From: Candidatus Nomurabacteria bacterium
GTDB taxonomy: Bacteria > Patescibacteriota > Minisyncoccia > Phycocordibacterales > UBA5272
DNA: 46,779 nt
Reading direction: 5' to 3'
Assembly: GCA_037134695.1 (NCBI GenBank)
Contig: JBAXLU010000003.1
Coordinates: 1-46,779, forward strand
The translations under genes and the position numbers were made by a program. Positions 20,229 through 28,455 of this stretch are shown here, piece after piece (positions within the stretch are counted from its first letter, which is position 1; each line of letters starts with the position of its first letter). The notes beneath the pieces were generated by a model that was not told the origin of the DNA, did not search any database, and was given only the letters and a program-made list of their open reading frames with translations.

Positions 20229-21665
20229 ATGAATAAAACGCTAAAACAATTGCATGAAGAATTAAAATCTGGAAGTCTTACAGTCGAGGCATTGGTAGAA
20301 AGTTGTAGAAAAACTATTGATGAGAAAGACGGAGAGATCCATGCTTTACTTGGAGTCTACTCTGAGGGTCTTATCAATGCAGAAATTTTTCGTGCAAAAG
20401 AAATGTTTGCTAATGGAACATCAACAAAACTTACAGGTATTCCAATTGTTTTAAAAGATAATATTTTAGTAAAAGGTGAGCGTGCAACTGGTGGTTCAAA
20501 GATTTTAGAAAATTATATTGCGACATATAATGCAACTGTTGTAGAAAAATTACGTGATGCAGGTGCTATATTATTTGGACGAGCTAACATGGATGAATTT
20601 GCTATGGGTGGTTCTACAGAAAATTCTGCCTATGGCGTTACAAAAAACCCCACAGATACAACTAGAGTAGCAGGAGGCTCGTCAGGGGGTTCTGCGGCTG
20701 TTGTAGCTTACGGTGGAGTGCCTGTAGCACTTGGATCAGATACTGGTGGCTCTATTCGTGAACCAGCATCATTTTGTGGAATAGTCGGACTTAAGACAAC
20801 TTATGGTAGAGTTTCTCGTTATGGAGTTATGGCACTTGGTTCTTCACTTGATCAAATTGGTCCATTTGGAAAAACAATTAACGATGTAGAGGAAGTTTAT
20901 AAAGTAATCTCTGGTTATGACAAAAATGATAGTACATCACTTGGGCAGGCATTAGACAGTAGACATGAGACATTAGATGATACTGTAAATACAGATACAA
21001 TGCGGAAGGTTATTGGAGTACCGAGAGTTTTTATTGAAAGAGAAGGAGTAGATAAAGAAGTGCTTAAAAATTTTAATGAATCAATAGAGAAGTTGAAAAA
21101 TTTTGGTTATGAAATTAAAGATATAAATATTGAACATTTAGAAAAAGCATTAGCTATTTATTATATTATTGTTCCTGCAGAAGTATCAAGTAATCTTGCT
21201 CGCTACGACGGTATTCGTTATGGTCTTTCTCATCCAGGTGAGACAAGTATACAAAGTTATTTTGAAAGTCGTACTGCGGGTTTTGGGCCTGAAGTTCGTC
21301 GTAGGATTTTAATTGGTACTTATGTACTTTCTTCTGGCTATTATGATTCTTATTACAATAAAGCTCTTCTTGTTCAAGGAATGTTGAAGAAAGAGTTTGC
21401 TCGTGTATTTAAAGATGTTGATATTGTTGCAACACCCACTTCTCCTTTTCCTGCTTTTAAAATAGGGGAAAAGTCACAGGATCCAATTGCTATGTATTTA
21501 GCTGATATATTTACTGTACCGGTTAACATTGTTGGAGTTCCAGCTATTTCTATCCCATCAGGTAAAACAGAAAATGGTTTGCCTCTCGGTATTCAGTTTA
21601 TAGCACCACATATGCGTGAGGATATGTTGTTTACTATTGGGTATGACTTCGAAAAGCTTGGCTAG
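20229..21665 (+). CDS. gatA: Asp/Glu-tRNA amidotransferase subunit A
   Basis: Amidase signature GGSSGGS and GSDTGGSIR; SSNLARYDG; FGPEVRRRILIG. Confidence 0.96.
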   Translation: MNKTLKQLHEELKSGSLTVEALVESCRKTIDEKDGEIHALLGVYSEGLINAEIFRAKEMFANGTSTKLTGIPIVLKDNILVKGERATGGSKILENYIATYNATVVEKLRDAGAILFGRANMDEFAMGGSTENSAYGVTKNPTDTTRVAGGSSGGSAAVVAYGGVPVALGSDTGGSIREPASFCGIVGLKTTYGRVSRYGVMALGSSLDQIGPFGKTINDVEEVYKVISGYDKNDSTSLGQALDSRHETLDDTVNTDTMRKVIGVPRVFIEREGVDKEVLKNFNESIEKLKNFGYEIKDINIEHLEKALAIYYIIVPAEVSSNLARYDGIRYGLSHPGETSIQSYFESRTAGFGPEVRRRILIGTYVLSSGYYDSYYNKALLVQGMLKKEFARVFKDVDIVATPTSPFPAFKIGEKSQDPIAMYLADIFTVPVNIVGVPAISIPSGKTENGLPLGIQFIAPHMREDMLFTIGYDFEKLG

Positions 21666-21756
21666 TTAATATCTGTTAGTTGGTGATCTTTTCTTTAATA
21701 CACAAAAAGACACAGTCTTTTTGTGTTATTATTAAATAGTAACCAATAACTGACCC

Positions 21757-23124
21757 ATGTCGTCTTATTCTTTAGACTATCTTTTCAATCGAGTTTATGA
21801 TTTTTTGCTTTGGATAAAATATACATGGCTTTTTGGAGTTCTTCGTACTAGACCAGAAGACTATCTAGCTTTGCAAGAAAATAGAAATTGGGATGGTCTG
21901 CGCGACAGAGGATGGTTTGACAGTTATTTTGCTATGCAAGGTGAAGCTGTTCCAATAAATGGGATTAATGCTTCTTTGTGGCAGAGAATGGCAGAAAAAC
22001 TTGGGTATAATTTAAAAGACTCTGACGGTGATGGTATACCAGATATTTCTGATCCGGCGCCTAATGATCCAAGTAATTTAACTAACGCACAATTGAAGGA
22101 GCGTTTTCAACCTGACTATACTTTCTCTGATCATGTTAGGGAAGTTTTTGGTATGTCACCAAAAGATACTGATGGAGATGGTGTGCCTGACAGTTATGAA
22201 ATTGCTCATAGTTTGAATCCAAATGATTCTGACAGTGACCACGATGGTCTTTTAGACGGTCAAGAATTAGTTTTAGGAACGGATCCATTAAATAATGACA
22301 GTGATCATGATGGTGTAATTGATGGACGCGATGAGGTACCACTCGATCCACATATTTCTTCTATTGGAATAGATTCTGATGGTGATGGTGTAAGTGATAA
22401 AATAGAAACTCATTTGGGAACCAATCCACATTTAAAAGACTCTGATGGTGATGGGATACCTGACAATATGGATACATACCCACTTGACCCACATAATATT
22501 GGTCAAATTACTACTCTTGATTTTTCTAAACAAACTGAATCGTTACAACTTCATATACAAAGTCCGTTACTTGCTTTCGTGGCACAAATATTTTCTATAC
22601 TTGCAATTGTCGGTTTAGTATTTTTTATACTTTTCTTTTTATGGTTCCTTTACGAATATTGGTCTTCGCTTATTCATTATGAACATCATTTTAATGATAG
22701 TCATGGTCATGGTTCACATAAAGGCGGTGAAGGGCACGGACATTCGCCAGCTGGAATAGAAGGTCTAGCTGTTGGAGAATATGTTGCACCACACACACCA
22801 ACACATGAAGAATTCGAAGCTCATCCACGCTGGGCTATTATAGAAGGGTATATGGCTAGCTCAACTAGTGCTTTGTGGAGAATAGGAATATTAGAAGCAG
22901 ATACAATGCTTGCTGAAGTTTTAAGAGAGAAGGGGTATAAGGGGGCGGACGTTGGTGAAATGTTAGGGTCTGCTAGTTTCAAAACTGTACAACTCGCATG
23001 GGATGCTCATAAGATTAGAAATAAAATTGCACATGAGGGTTCGAGCTTTTCTTTGGAAGAAAGAGAGGCAAAGAGGGCTTATGCCTTGTACGAAGCCGTA
23101 TTCAAGGAACTGAAAGCCATTTAA
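21757..23124 (+). CDS. Membrane protein with thrombospondin type-3-like Ca-binding repeats and a HEPN-like C-terminus
   Basis: Several DxDxDGxxD repeats, a TM helix (~aa 272-302), a His-rich linker and a C-terminal RNKIAH motif. Confidence 0.7.
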   Translation: MSSYSLDYLFNRVYDFLLWIKYTWLFGVLRTRPEDYLALQENRNWDGLRDRGWFDSYFAMQGEAVPINGINASLWQRMAEKLGYNLKDSDGDGIPDISDPAPNDPSNLTNAQLKERFQPDYTFSDHVREVFGMSPKDTDGDGVPDSYEIAHSLNPNDSDSDHDGLLDGQELVLGTDPLNNDSDHDGVIDGRDEVPLDPHISSIGIDSDGDGVSDKIETHLGTNPHLKDSDGDGIPDNMDTYPLDPHNIGQITTLDFSKQTESLQLHIQSPLLAFVAQIFSILAIVGLVFFILFFLWFLYEYWSSLIHYEHHFNDSHGHGSHKGGEGHGHSPAGIEGLAVGEYVAPHTPTHEEFEAHPRWAIIEGYMASSTSALWRIGILEADTMLAEVLREKGYKGADVGEMLGSASFKTVQLAWDAHKIRNKIAHEGSSFSLEEREAKRAYALYEAVFKELKAI

Positions 23125-23267
23125 CATAAATTACTTCATCTACTTTTTGTCCACGACATGAATCTGTTGATTCAGCTACGTAATTTTTCTTCGTCAATGT
23201 AGCATTAGCTACATATTCTTGAAAAATTCCTATGCTTCGCGTATCTAAAGCAATTTCTGTTAAATGG
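23117..23267. repeat. Stop-adjacent structured repeat, copy 5
   Basis: Outer stem ccatttaaca/tgttaaatgg includes the TAA stop; core gtcaatgtag-cattag-ctacat; extra hairpin tgaatc...gattca. Confidence 0.82.
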
Positions 23268-23355
23268 TAACCTTAGTGTGTCTTGCGATAGTAACATAAA
23301 TGTGGTAGTATATTATGACTCTAAAAGAGTGTTTTGTTTAATGAAAATAAAATAT

Positions 23356-23426
23356 AGCGGAGTAGAGTAGAGGTAACTCACGAGGCTCATAACCTCGGGA
23401 CACCAGTTCGATTCTGGTCTCCGCAA
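23356..23426 (+). tRNA. tRNA-Met (CAT), probable initiator
   Basis: 1:72 mismatch (A:A), A11:U24, anticodon arm CGAGG-CTCATAA-CCTCG, T-loop TTCGATT. Confidence 0.85.
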
Positions 23427-23450
23427 CAAGTAAAACTACGTGACAAAGGT

Positions 23451-23493
23451 TTCATTCTAAGGGCCGCCACGTAGTGGCGGCCCTTAGAATGAA
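23451..23493. repeat. Perfect 20-bp hairpin between tRNAs
   Basis: ttcattctaagggccgccac-gta-gtggcggcccttagaatgaa. Confidence 0.7.
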
Positions 23494-23514
23494 TTTGTGT
23501 TAATATTAGAATAT

Positions 23515-23588
23515 GTCGGCGTAGCTCAGTTGGTAGTAGCGCAGGACTCATAAGCCTGAGGTCGGTGGATCGTTCCCACCCGCCGACA
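23515..23588 (+). tRNA. tRNA with CAT anticodon (elongator Met or Ile2)
   Basis: Acceptor stem GTCGGCG/CGCCGAC, anticodon loop CTCATAA, T-arm GGTGG-ATCGTTC-CCACC. Confidence 0.85.
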
Positions 23589-23638
23589 CAAGAAATATTG
23601 AATCTTCTACTAAATATGTTAGTATATGTATGTTCAAT

Positions 23639-23710
23639 GCGGCTGTAGCTCAACGGTAGAGCGCTGCCCTGTCACGGCAGAGGTCGTGGGATCAACACCC
23701 ATCAGCCGCG
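23639..23710 (+). tRNA. tRNA-Asp (GTC)
   Basis: Acceptor stem GCGGCTG/CAGCCGC, anticodon arm CTGCC-CTGTCAC-GGCAG, T-arm GTGGG-ATCAACA-CCCAT. Confidence 0.9.
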
Positions 23711-23918
23711 CAAAATATAAAATCCTGAAGTTTCAAACTTCAGGATTTTATATTTTGGGTAGCTGAAGAAAGTGATCTGCATCACTTTCGTTGAGTGTTG
23801 ATGGACGGAGCGTTATGAGGCTAGTAAGCCGAATCGCGAGTGGCGGACTGCGAAAAAGTTTTTTGACGAAAAAACTTTATTTGTAGTCAACACCCATCAG
23901 CCGCGCAAAATATAAAAT
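23692..23918. mobile_element. Small non-coding element bounded by a 32-bp direct repeat of the tRNA-Asp 3' end
   Basis: tcaacacccatcagccgcgcaaaatataaaat at 23692-23723 and 23887-23918. The interior is several hairpins with no ORF. Confidence 0.6.
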
Positions 23919-23981
23919 ACCAAATCGAAAGATTTGGGATTTTATGTGGCTCTATAGTAAGTGATTTACATCACTTATATT

Positions 23982-25262
23982 CTACTTTTCTTTAGCCACC
24001 TTCCACCCTTCATATACTCCTGCATTTTTTAATATTGATTTTGCATATCTTTCATATTCAAAAAGTGGGCATAGTGAAGCTCGTCCGGAAGATAGGGAGC
24101 AATTAATGTTCACACTTCTATCTTCTTTTTCTTTATTGTGAAATATAAAACCAATACCAATATTTACTATTTCAAAAGTGCTGTATAGGTCAATAAGGTT
24201 TAAATCGTCTAATGTCTCTTTTAGTGCGGAGAGGTTCATGTGTTCGTTTGTTCCAGGTAAGGTTAGGCGAAGTTTTTTCTTACCCTCAGCATAAGAAAGA
24301 GTTATTGACTTTACCACAGCTTTTATAAACATTTTTTCTTTATTATATTGTCCAAAATCAAAAGTAAGTTTTTTAAATAAAGTTAAATCATAGCTTTCTA
24401 TTTTTTCCTCATAACCACCATCGCAGACGACTCTAAGGAATGTATCCATAAAAATAAGCTTCTGCTGTTTTGAAACATTTCCAGCGATAAGCATAACTTC
24501 TTCATTTGGAATATATGCGATACGGACAGATTCTATTTTACGTACAACATGCTTATTGTTTATTTCACCAGTTTCATTATCTATTTTACTTTGCACATCA
24601 TAGGAGCCTTGGAATTTTGATTCCAAATATAAAATGTCATCCAAGAATAGATATTCCATTTCTTGCTCAGTAGCATTATCTTCTTTATTTGCTAGGCGAG
24701 TAAATTCACGAGATAATCCAGTTAACTTACTTTCGATCAACATTTTCAGTTCTGAGTTATTAGAATTTTTAGTATTTGTCTGTATTTTTTCTGCGTCAGT
24801 CTGCGTCAGTTCTGCGTCAGTCTGCGATTTCGGTGGAACCGAAATATTAGCCTCATAAGAGAGATAACTTTTTGATGAATAGAAAGGATATAGAAATGCA
24901 ATTTTATCTCCAATATCTTTATGTTGTAAATATAAATAAAGAACTGTATCAGAGTCGCTGTTACATTTTATTTCTGGTTCAAAACTTGCTCCAGTTTGTT
25001 CTTTGTATAATTTTTTTCCAAGCGATGCGGTGTGGGAGCTCGTTATCGATGAAATATAAGAAAATTCTTTTATTATTTCTAAACGCACCTCTGGATCTAA
25101 TGCTTTTATCGAATCTTCCATTAAAGAGACCGCTAATTTTCTAGGAGTTTGGTCATTTATTTCAAACATCAATTGTACACCATGCTTTGTCGCTATTTTT
25201 TCTATTAATTGATGGGCTGATATTTTTGAAAGGTATTTTTTAATTGAAAATGATTGAGCCAT
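23982..25262 (-). CDS. Hypothetical protein
   Basis: 426-aa ORF with no recognised motif; contains a repeat-derived insert (SQTDAELTQTDAEK). Confidence 0.75.
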   Translation of the reverse strand: MAQSFSIKKYLSKISAHQLIEKIATKHGVQLMFEINDQTPRKLAVSLMEDSIKALDPEVRLEIIKEFSYISSITSSHTASLGKKLYKEQTGASFEPEIKCNSDSDTVLYLYLQHKDIGDKIAFLYPFYSSKSYLSYEANISVPPKSQTDAELTQTDAEKIQTNTKNSNNSELKMLIESKLTGLSREFTRLANKEDNATEQEMEYLFLDDILYLESKFQGSYDVQSKIDNETGEINNKHVVRKIESVRIAYIPNEEVMLIAGNVSKQQKLIFMDTFLRVVCDGGYEEKIESYDLTLFKKLTFDFGQYNKEKMFIKAVVKSITLSYAEGKKKLRLTLPGTNEHMNLSALKETLDDLNLIDLYSTFEIVNIGIGFIFHNKEKEDRSVNINCSLSSGRASLCPLFEYERYAKSILKNAGVYEGWKVAKEK

Positions 25263-25375
25263 AATTAGAGAGTAGATAATAGAATGTAGTGGATGAAGAT
25301 TAGTTTAACATATAGATATTAAATAGATTAAAATATTTACGTACCTAATTTAATGTGTTAGTGTAATTAATTATA

Positions 25376-25681
25376 ATGTTACAAATAATCTTTAAAGAAA
25401 CATTCCGTACGTTTGAGCTTATGCAACAGGGATTTCTTTTTGTCTGGATTGGTTTTACTTCATTTTTGGATTGGCTCAACAGTATTTCACATCCAGTGTT
25501 AAAGGCTAATACTTTTTGGGCCCAATTGGGTTTTTTCATTGCAAGTCTACTTTTCCTTCCATTTCCTTGGTGGGTTTCTTTTATTTTTATATTTTTACCA
25601 CCGTTGTTTTCTTTGCCTTTGATTATATTATTTTATTTAATGTTTATCGCTTCCTTTGCTTTTGAAATTGTATTTCTCTAA
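25376..25681 (+). CDS. Small hydrophobic membrane protein; start uncertain
   Basis: Phe/Leu-rich ORF with ~3 TM segments, filling the gap before prmC. Confidence 0.45.
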   Translation: MLQIIFKETFRTFELMQQGFLFVWIGFTSFLDWLNSISHPVLKANTFWAQLGFFIASLLFLPFPWWVSFIFIFLPPLFSLPLIILFYLMFIASFAFEIVFL

Positions 25682-25699
25682 ATCCTGTATACTAACCTT

Positions 25700-26446
25700 A
25701 TGAGATTCGAAGAAAAAGTTGAAATACTTAGAATAAAAAAACACAAAGGTAAAGAAACCAAAGAATTTTTGGAAGATATAAAATCCTTGGCTAATGGTGA
25801 GGCTTATGAGTATTTACTTGGAGAAGTTTTGTTTTGTGATACAAAAGTTGATCTTTCACTTTGTCCAATGATTCCACGACCTGAAACAGAATTTTGGGTT
25901 AAGCAGGCAATAGAAAATATTAGAGGAGGTGAAAGTTTTTTTGCAATTAGAATTCTTGATCTTTTTTCTGGATCTGGAAATGTAGGTCTTGCAATTTTAA
26001 AGAATATTCCAGAGTCATCAGTAGATATGATTGAGTTTGATCCAAAGCTTAAAGATCAAATAGAAATATCTATATTAAAAAATAATATTAAAAAAACTCG
26101 GACACGTATCTTAACAGGGGATACTTGGGAAGGTGCTGTTGGAAATTATGGTATCATTTTTGCTGTTCCACCATATGTACCGCCACAAATGAAAGATGAA
26201 GTAATGGAAGAGTTGCACGCCGAAGACTCACTTTCATTTTTCGATAAAGAAGATGGATACTATTATCACAAACAGGTTTTAGAAAATGGAAAATCTTTTT
26301 TGAAAGAGGGAGGAACTTTATATTTAGAATTTGATATTACTCAACGCATGAAAATAGAAGAATTAGCAAAAGAATTTGGTTGGATAAGTTACTCTTTCCT
26401 AAAAGATCCATACGGTCATGAATTTGTAATTAAGCTTAAGAAGTAA
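25700..26446 (+). CDS. prmC: HemK/PrmC-family methyltransferase
   Basis: Motifs GEAYEYLLG, MIPRPETE and LDLFSGSG. The NPPY position reads VPPY. Confidence 0.8.
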   Translation: MRFEEKVEILRIKKHKGKETKEFLEDIKSLANGEAYEYLLGEVLFCDTKVDLSLCPMIPRPETEFWVKQAIENIRGGESFFAIRILDLFSGSGNVGLAILKNIPESSVDMIEFDPKLKDQIEISILKNNIKKTRTRILTGDTWEGAVGNYGIIFAVPPYVPPQMKDEVMEELHAEDSLSFFDKEDGYYYHKQVLENGKSFLKEGGTLYLEFDITQRMKIEELAKEFGWISYSFLKDPYGHEFVIKLKK

Positions 26447-26478
26447 AAATAAATTATCTATCTTATCTCTTTGCTGCA

Positions 26479-26508
26479 TAAAAAAACGCGGAGAGTGTTT
26501 ACTCCGCG
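26479..26508 (-). terminator. Intrinsic terminator of the minus-strand orphan gene
   Basis: cgcggag...ctccgcg stem preceded on + by an A7 tract (a T tract on -). Confidence 0.6.
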
Positions 26509-26532
26509 AATTTCGTGTGTTGGCCAATTATC

Positions 26533-27000
26533 TTAAAAGGCAAAACTGACACCAACATTTCTGTTGTGTATGACCGACAACATTTTTATAGCTGTAATAG
26601 TTCCAAGCCATATTTTCCTGTTATCGCTAGATAACATAACAGATACAGCTGTTACCCCGGCGAGTCCTAAGACAAAATGAGTGTTCACTTCACCAATACT
26701 CGGATTTTTCCCAAGAAGGAAGTTTGTTTCGTCATATTTGTTTGGGTTTCTAGCGATGTTCCTTGTTTGTCGCCAGTCTGAAAATGATGAGGCCACGAAG
26801 CTACCCAAGAGAACATAATCCAGGTTGTCCCAAGCCTTTTGGTCTTTCAGATTGAAGTTGATGGGCTCATTAGTCGCCGAAGTTTGGCGTGTTGTTACCC
26901 CTTCCTGATTTGTTGTCACTGTTTGTGCATTTGTCATTGTGGACATAAGTCCGATTAAAACAAACAGTAAAACAGAAAACATTTTTTTAAAATTCTTCAC
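26533..27000 (-). CDS. Orphan secreted/membrane protein, SD-led
   Basis: GTG start after AAGGAG; signal peptide; DWRQT...ETNFLLG motif; C-terminal Phe. Confidence 0.7.
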   Translation of the reverse strand: MKNFKKMFSVLLFVLIGLMSTMTNAQTVTTNQEGVTTRQTSATNEPINFNLKDQKAWDNLDYVLLGSFVASSFSDWRQTRNIARNPNKYDETNFLLGKNPSIGEVNTHFVLGLAGVTAVSVMLSSDNRKIWLGTITAIKMLSVIHNRNVGVSFAF

Positions 27001-27252
27001 TTTAAACTCCTTGAGTTTTTGGCTTTAATCAGGTGCCAATATTACCTTAACTTTCTATACAAACCTACAATATAGAGTAGTTTCTGTCAAATCCTTAATT
27101 AATATTGACATTTTTATTTAATGTGATAGATTAAAATTCTACTGGATATATACAAAGTAATATGGGATTACTTAGTTGTGTATTTGGAGTTGTTTTTGAG
27201 ATTATTTAATTTCAAAAACAATTGTACCTTTAACTATCACATGGGAGATAAA

Positions 27253-27618
27253 ATGCAATTGAATCACTATATAGCAAGTGAGAAGAAATTCTCAGTCGGT
27301 AACCTCGCTTTTGAGGTGATGAAGATTTATGGCGAAAGCCAATTTCCTTCCGACAGAATGGTGTGTTACAGCACCAGAGAGTCAGATGCCAATGGGAAAA
27401 ATGGAGTCAGGATTCCTTACGGCGAGAGCAACGTCCTTCCAGGTTTTCGTGCTTTCTTGTTTGAAGAGGACATTTTGAATATTGGTAAAGCTTTGGCTGA
27501 AGAGTCGAGGGTCAACAATATTAAATTTGTTTTGGATGACGAGATGACTACGACCGAAGGGCTCCGTGCCCTACGTTTTTACAAAATGAGCGTTCTTCGG
27601 TCAGAAGTCGTGACCTGA
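27253..27618 (+). CDS. Orphan protein, SD-led
   Basis: ATG 27253 is preceded by GGGAG; TTGACA at 27105; followed by a terminator. Confidence 0.6.
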   Translation: MQLNHYIASEKKFSVGNLAFEVMKIYGESQFPSDRMVCYSTRESDANGKNGVRIPYGESNVLPGFRAFLFEEDILNIGKALAEESRVNNIKFVLDDEMTTTEGLRALRFYKMSVLRSEVVT

Positions 27619-27639
27619 GCTCTCATGGACTAGTCCAAT

Positions 27640-27667
27640 CCGCAGTCGCAAGGCTGCGGGTTTTTTT
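27640..27667 (+). terminator. Intrinsic terminator
   Basis: ccgcagtc-gcaa-ggctgcgg followed by a T7 tract. Confidence 0.75.
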
Positions 27668-28120
27668 GTATTTAAACCAAACCCAACTTTTCCATTTTTA
27701 GGAATTAACGGAGGCGGGTAGATGGATTGAAATAATTTTTCGTATTTAGACAAACCCCTCCTTTCTTTTTAAAAAGCGCATCGGAGGCGGGTAGCCGAGT
27801 TTAAGTGCATTTTGTAGCAACAAAATGACATGTGTCCTAAAAATGAAAAAGTAAAAAAGAAAAAGAAATTTAAAAATACAGACACTGGATTCCCGCCTCC
27901 GCGGGAATGACAAATACATAACAATAATTGGGAACTTCTTGTATTTAAACAAACCCCTCCTTTCTACTTTTGAGGATTATCGGAGGCGGGTAGCCGAGAT
28001 GAAAGGATTTTTCTAGCAAGAAAAATACCTGTGCCTCAAAAGTAGAAAGGAAAAAATAAAAATAACTTTAAAAATACAGACACTGGACCTGCCTCGCCGG
28101 CGGGCGGGTTCCAGATCAAG
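27668..28120. repeat. Tandem ~200-bp structured units with CGGAGGCGGGTAG core and dRS3-like palindromes
   Basis: Units start gtattta(a/g)ac at 27668, 27742 and 27941; cores at 27709, 27782 and 27981; ctggattcccgcctccgcgggaatgac at 27885-27911. Confidence 0.75.
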
Positions 28121-28226
28121 TTTGTAATAACAAATTTAAGTATAAGTATTTGTATTTTTTGAAAATTAGAAATTGAAAATTGAAAATTAAGCTAAGTTAG
28201 TCAGAGAATAAAAAACACAGCAAAGA

Positions 28227-28255
28227 TTGACAATAAAGGAATAGTTTGCTATACT
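28227..28255 (+). promoter_or_regulatory. sigma70 promoter of the DEAD-box helicase gene
   Basis: TTGACA-17 nt-TATACT. Confidence 0.75.
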
Positions 28256-28455
28256 AATTATATTATTTCCTTATGGATATCCATGTGTAGTCAGGTTTTA
28301 TTTGACGCGTTGTGGCTAACCATAGAGCTATCAGTTCTAGATAGACGAGCATTCTTCACAAAAAAGAATCAGAGCGCAAATAATTTAAAACCTAATTAGG
28401 GTTTACGTAACTGGATAAATTTTCTGGTTCAGTGATTCCTACAACTAATATTACT

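Noticed and set aside
23117-23267. Integron attC sites as the identity of the stop-adjacent repeats
   Set aside because: Only copy 5 clearly has RYYYAAC...GTTRRRY ends. The other copies lack them, several follow essential genes (rpoC, rpoD, rpmG), and no integron integrase is present in the window.
23387-23653. 88-aa minus-strand ORF
   Set aside because: It is antisense to the tRNA genes.
23692-27667. Prophage or genomic island integrated at tRNA-Asp
   Set aside because: The direct repeats enclose under 200 bp, and there are no integrase or phage genes.
27746-27952. 68-aa minus-strand ORF containing SFPRRRESS
   Set aside because: It is a translation of the dRS3-like palindrome and repeat units.
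27668-28120. CRISPR array
   Set aside because: The units are long, degenerate and irregularly spaced, with no identical repeats separated by unique spacers and no cas genes in the window.
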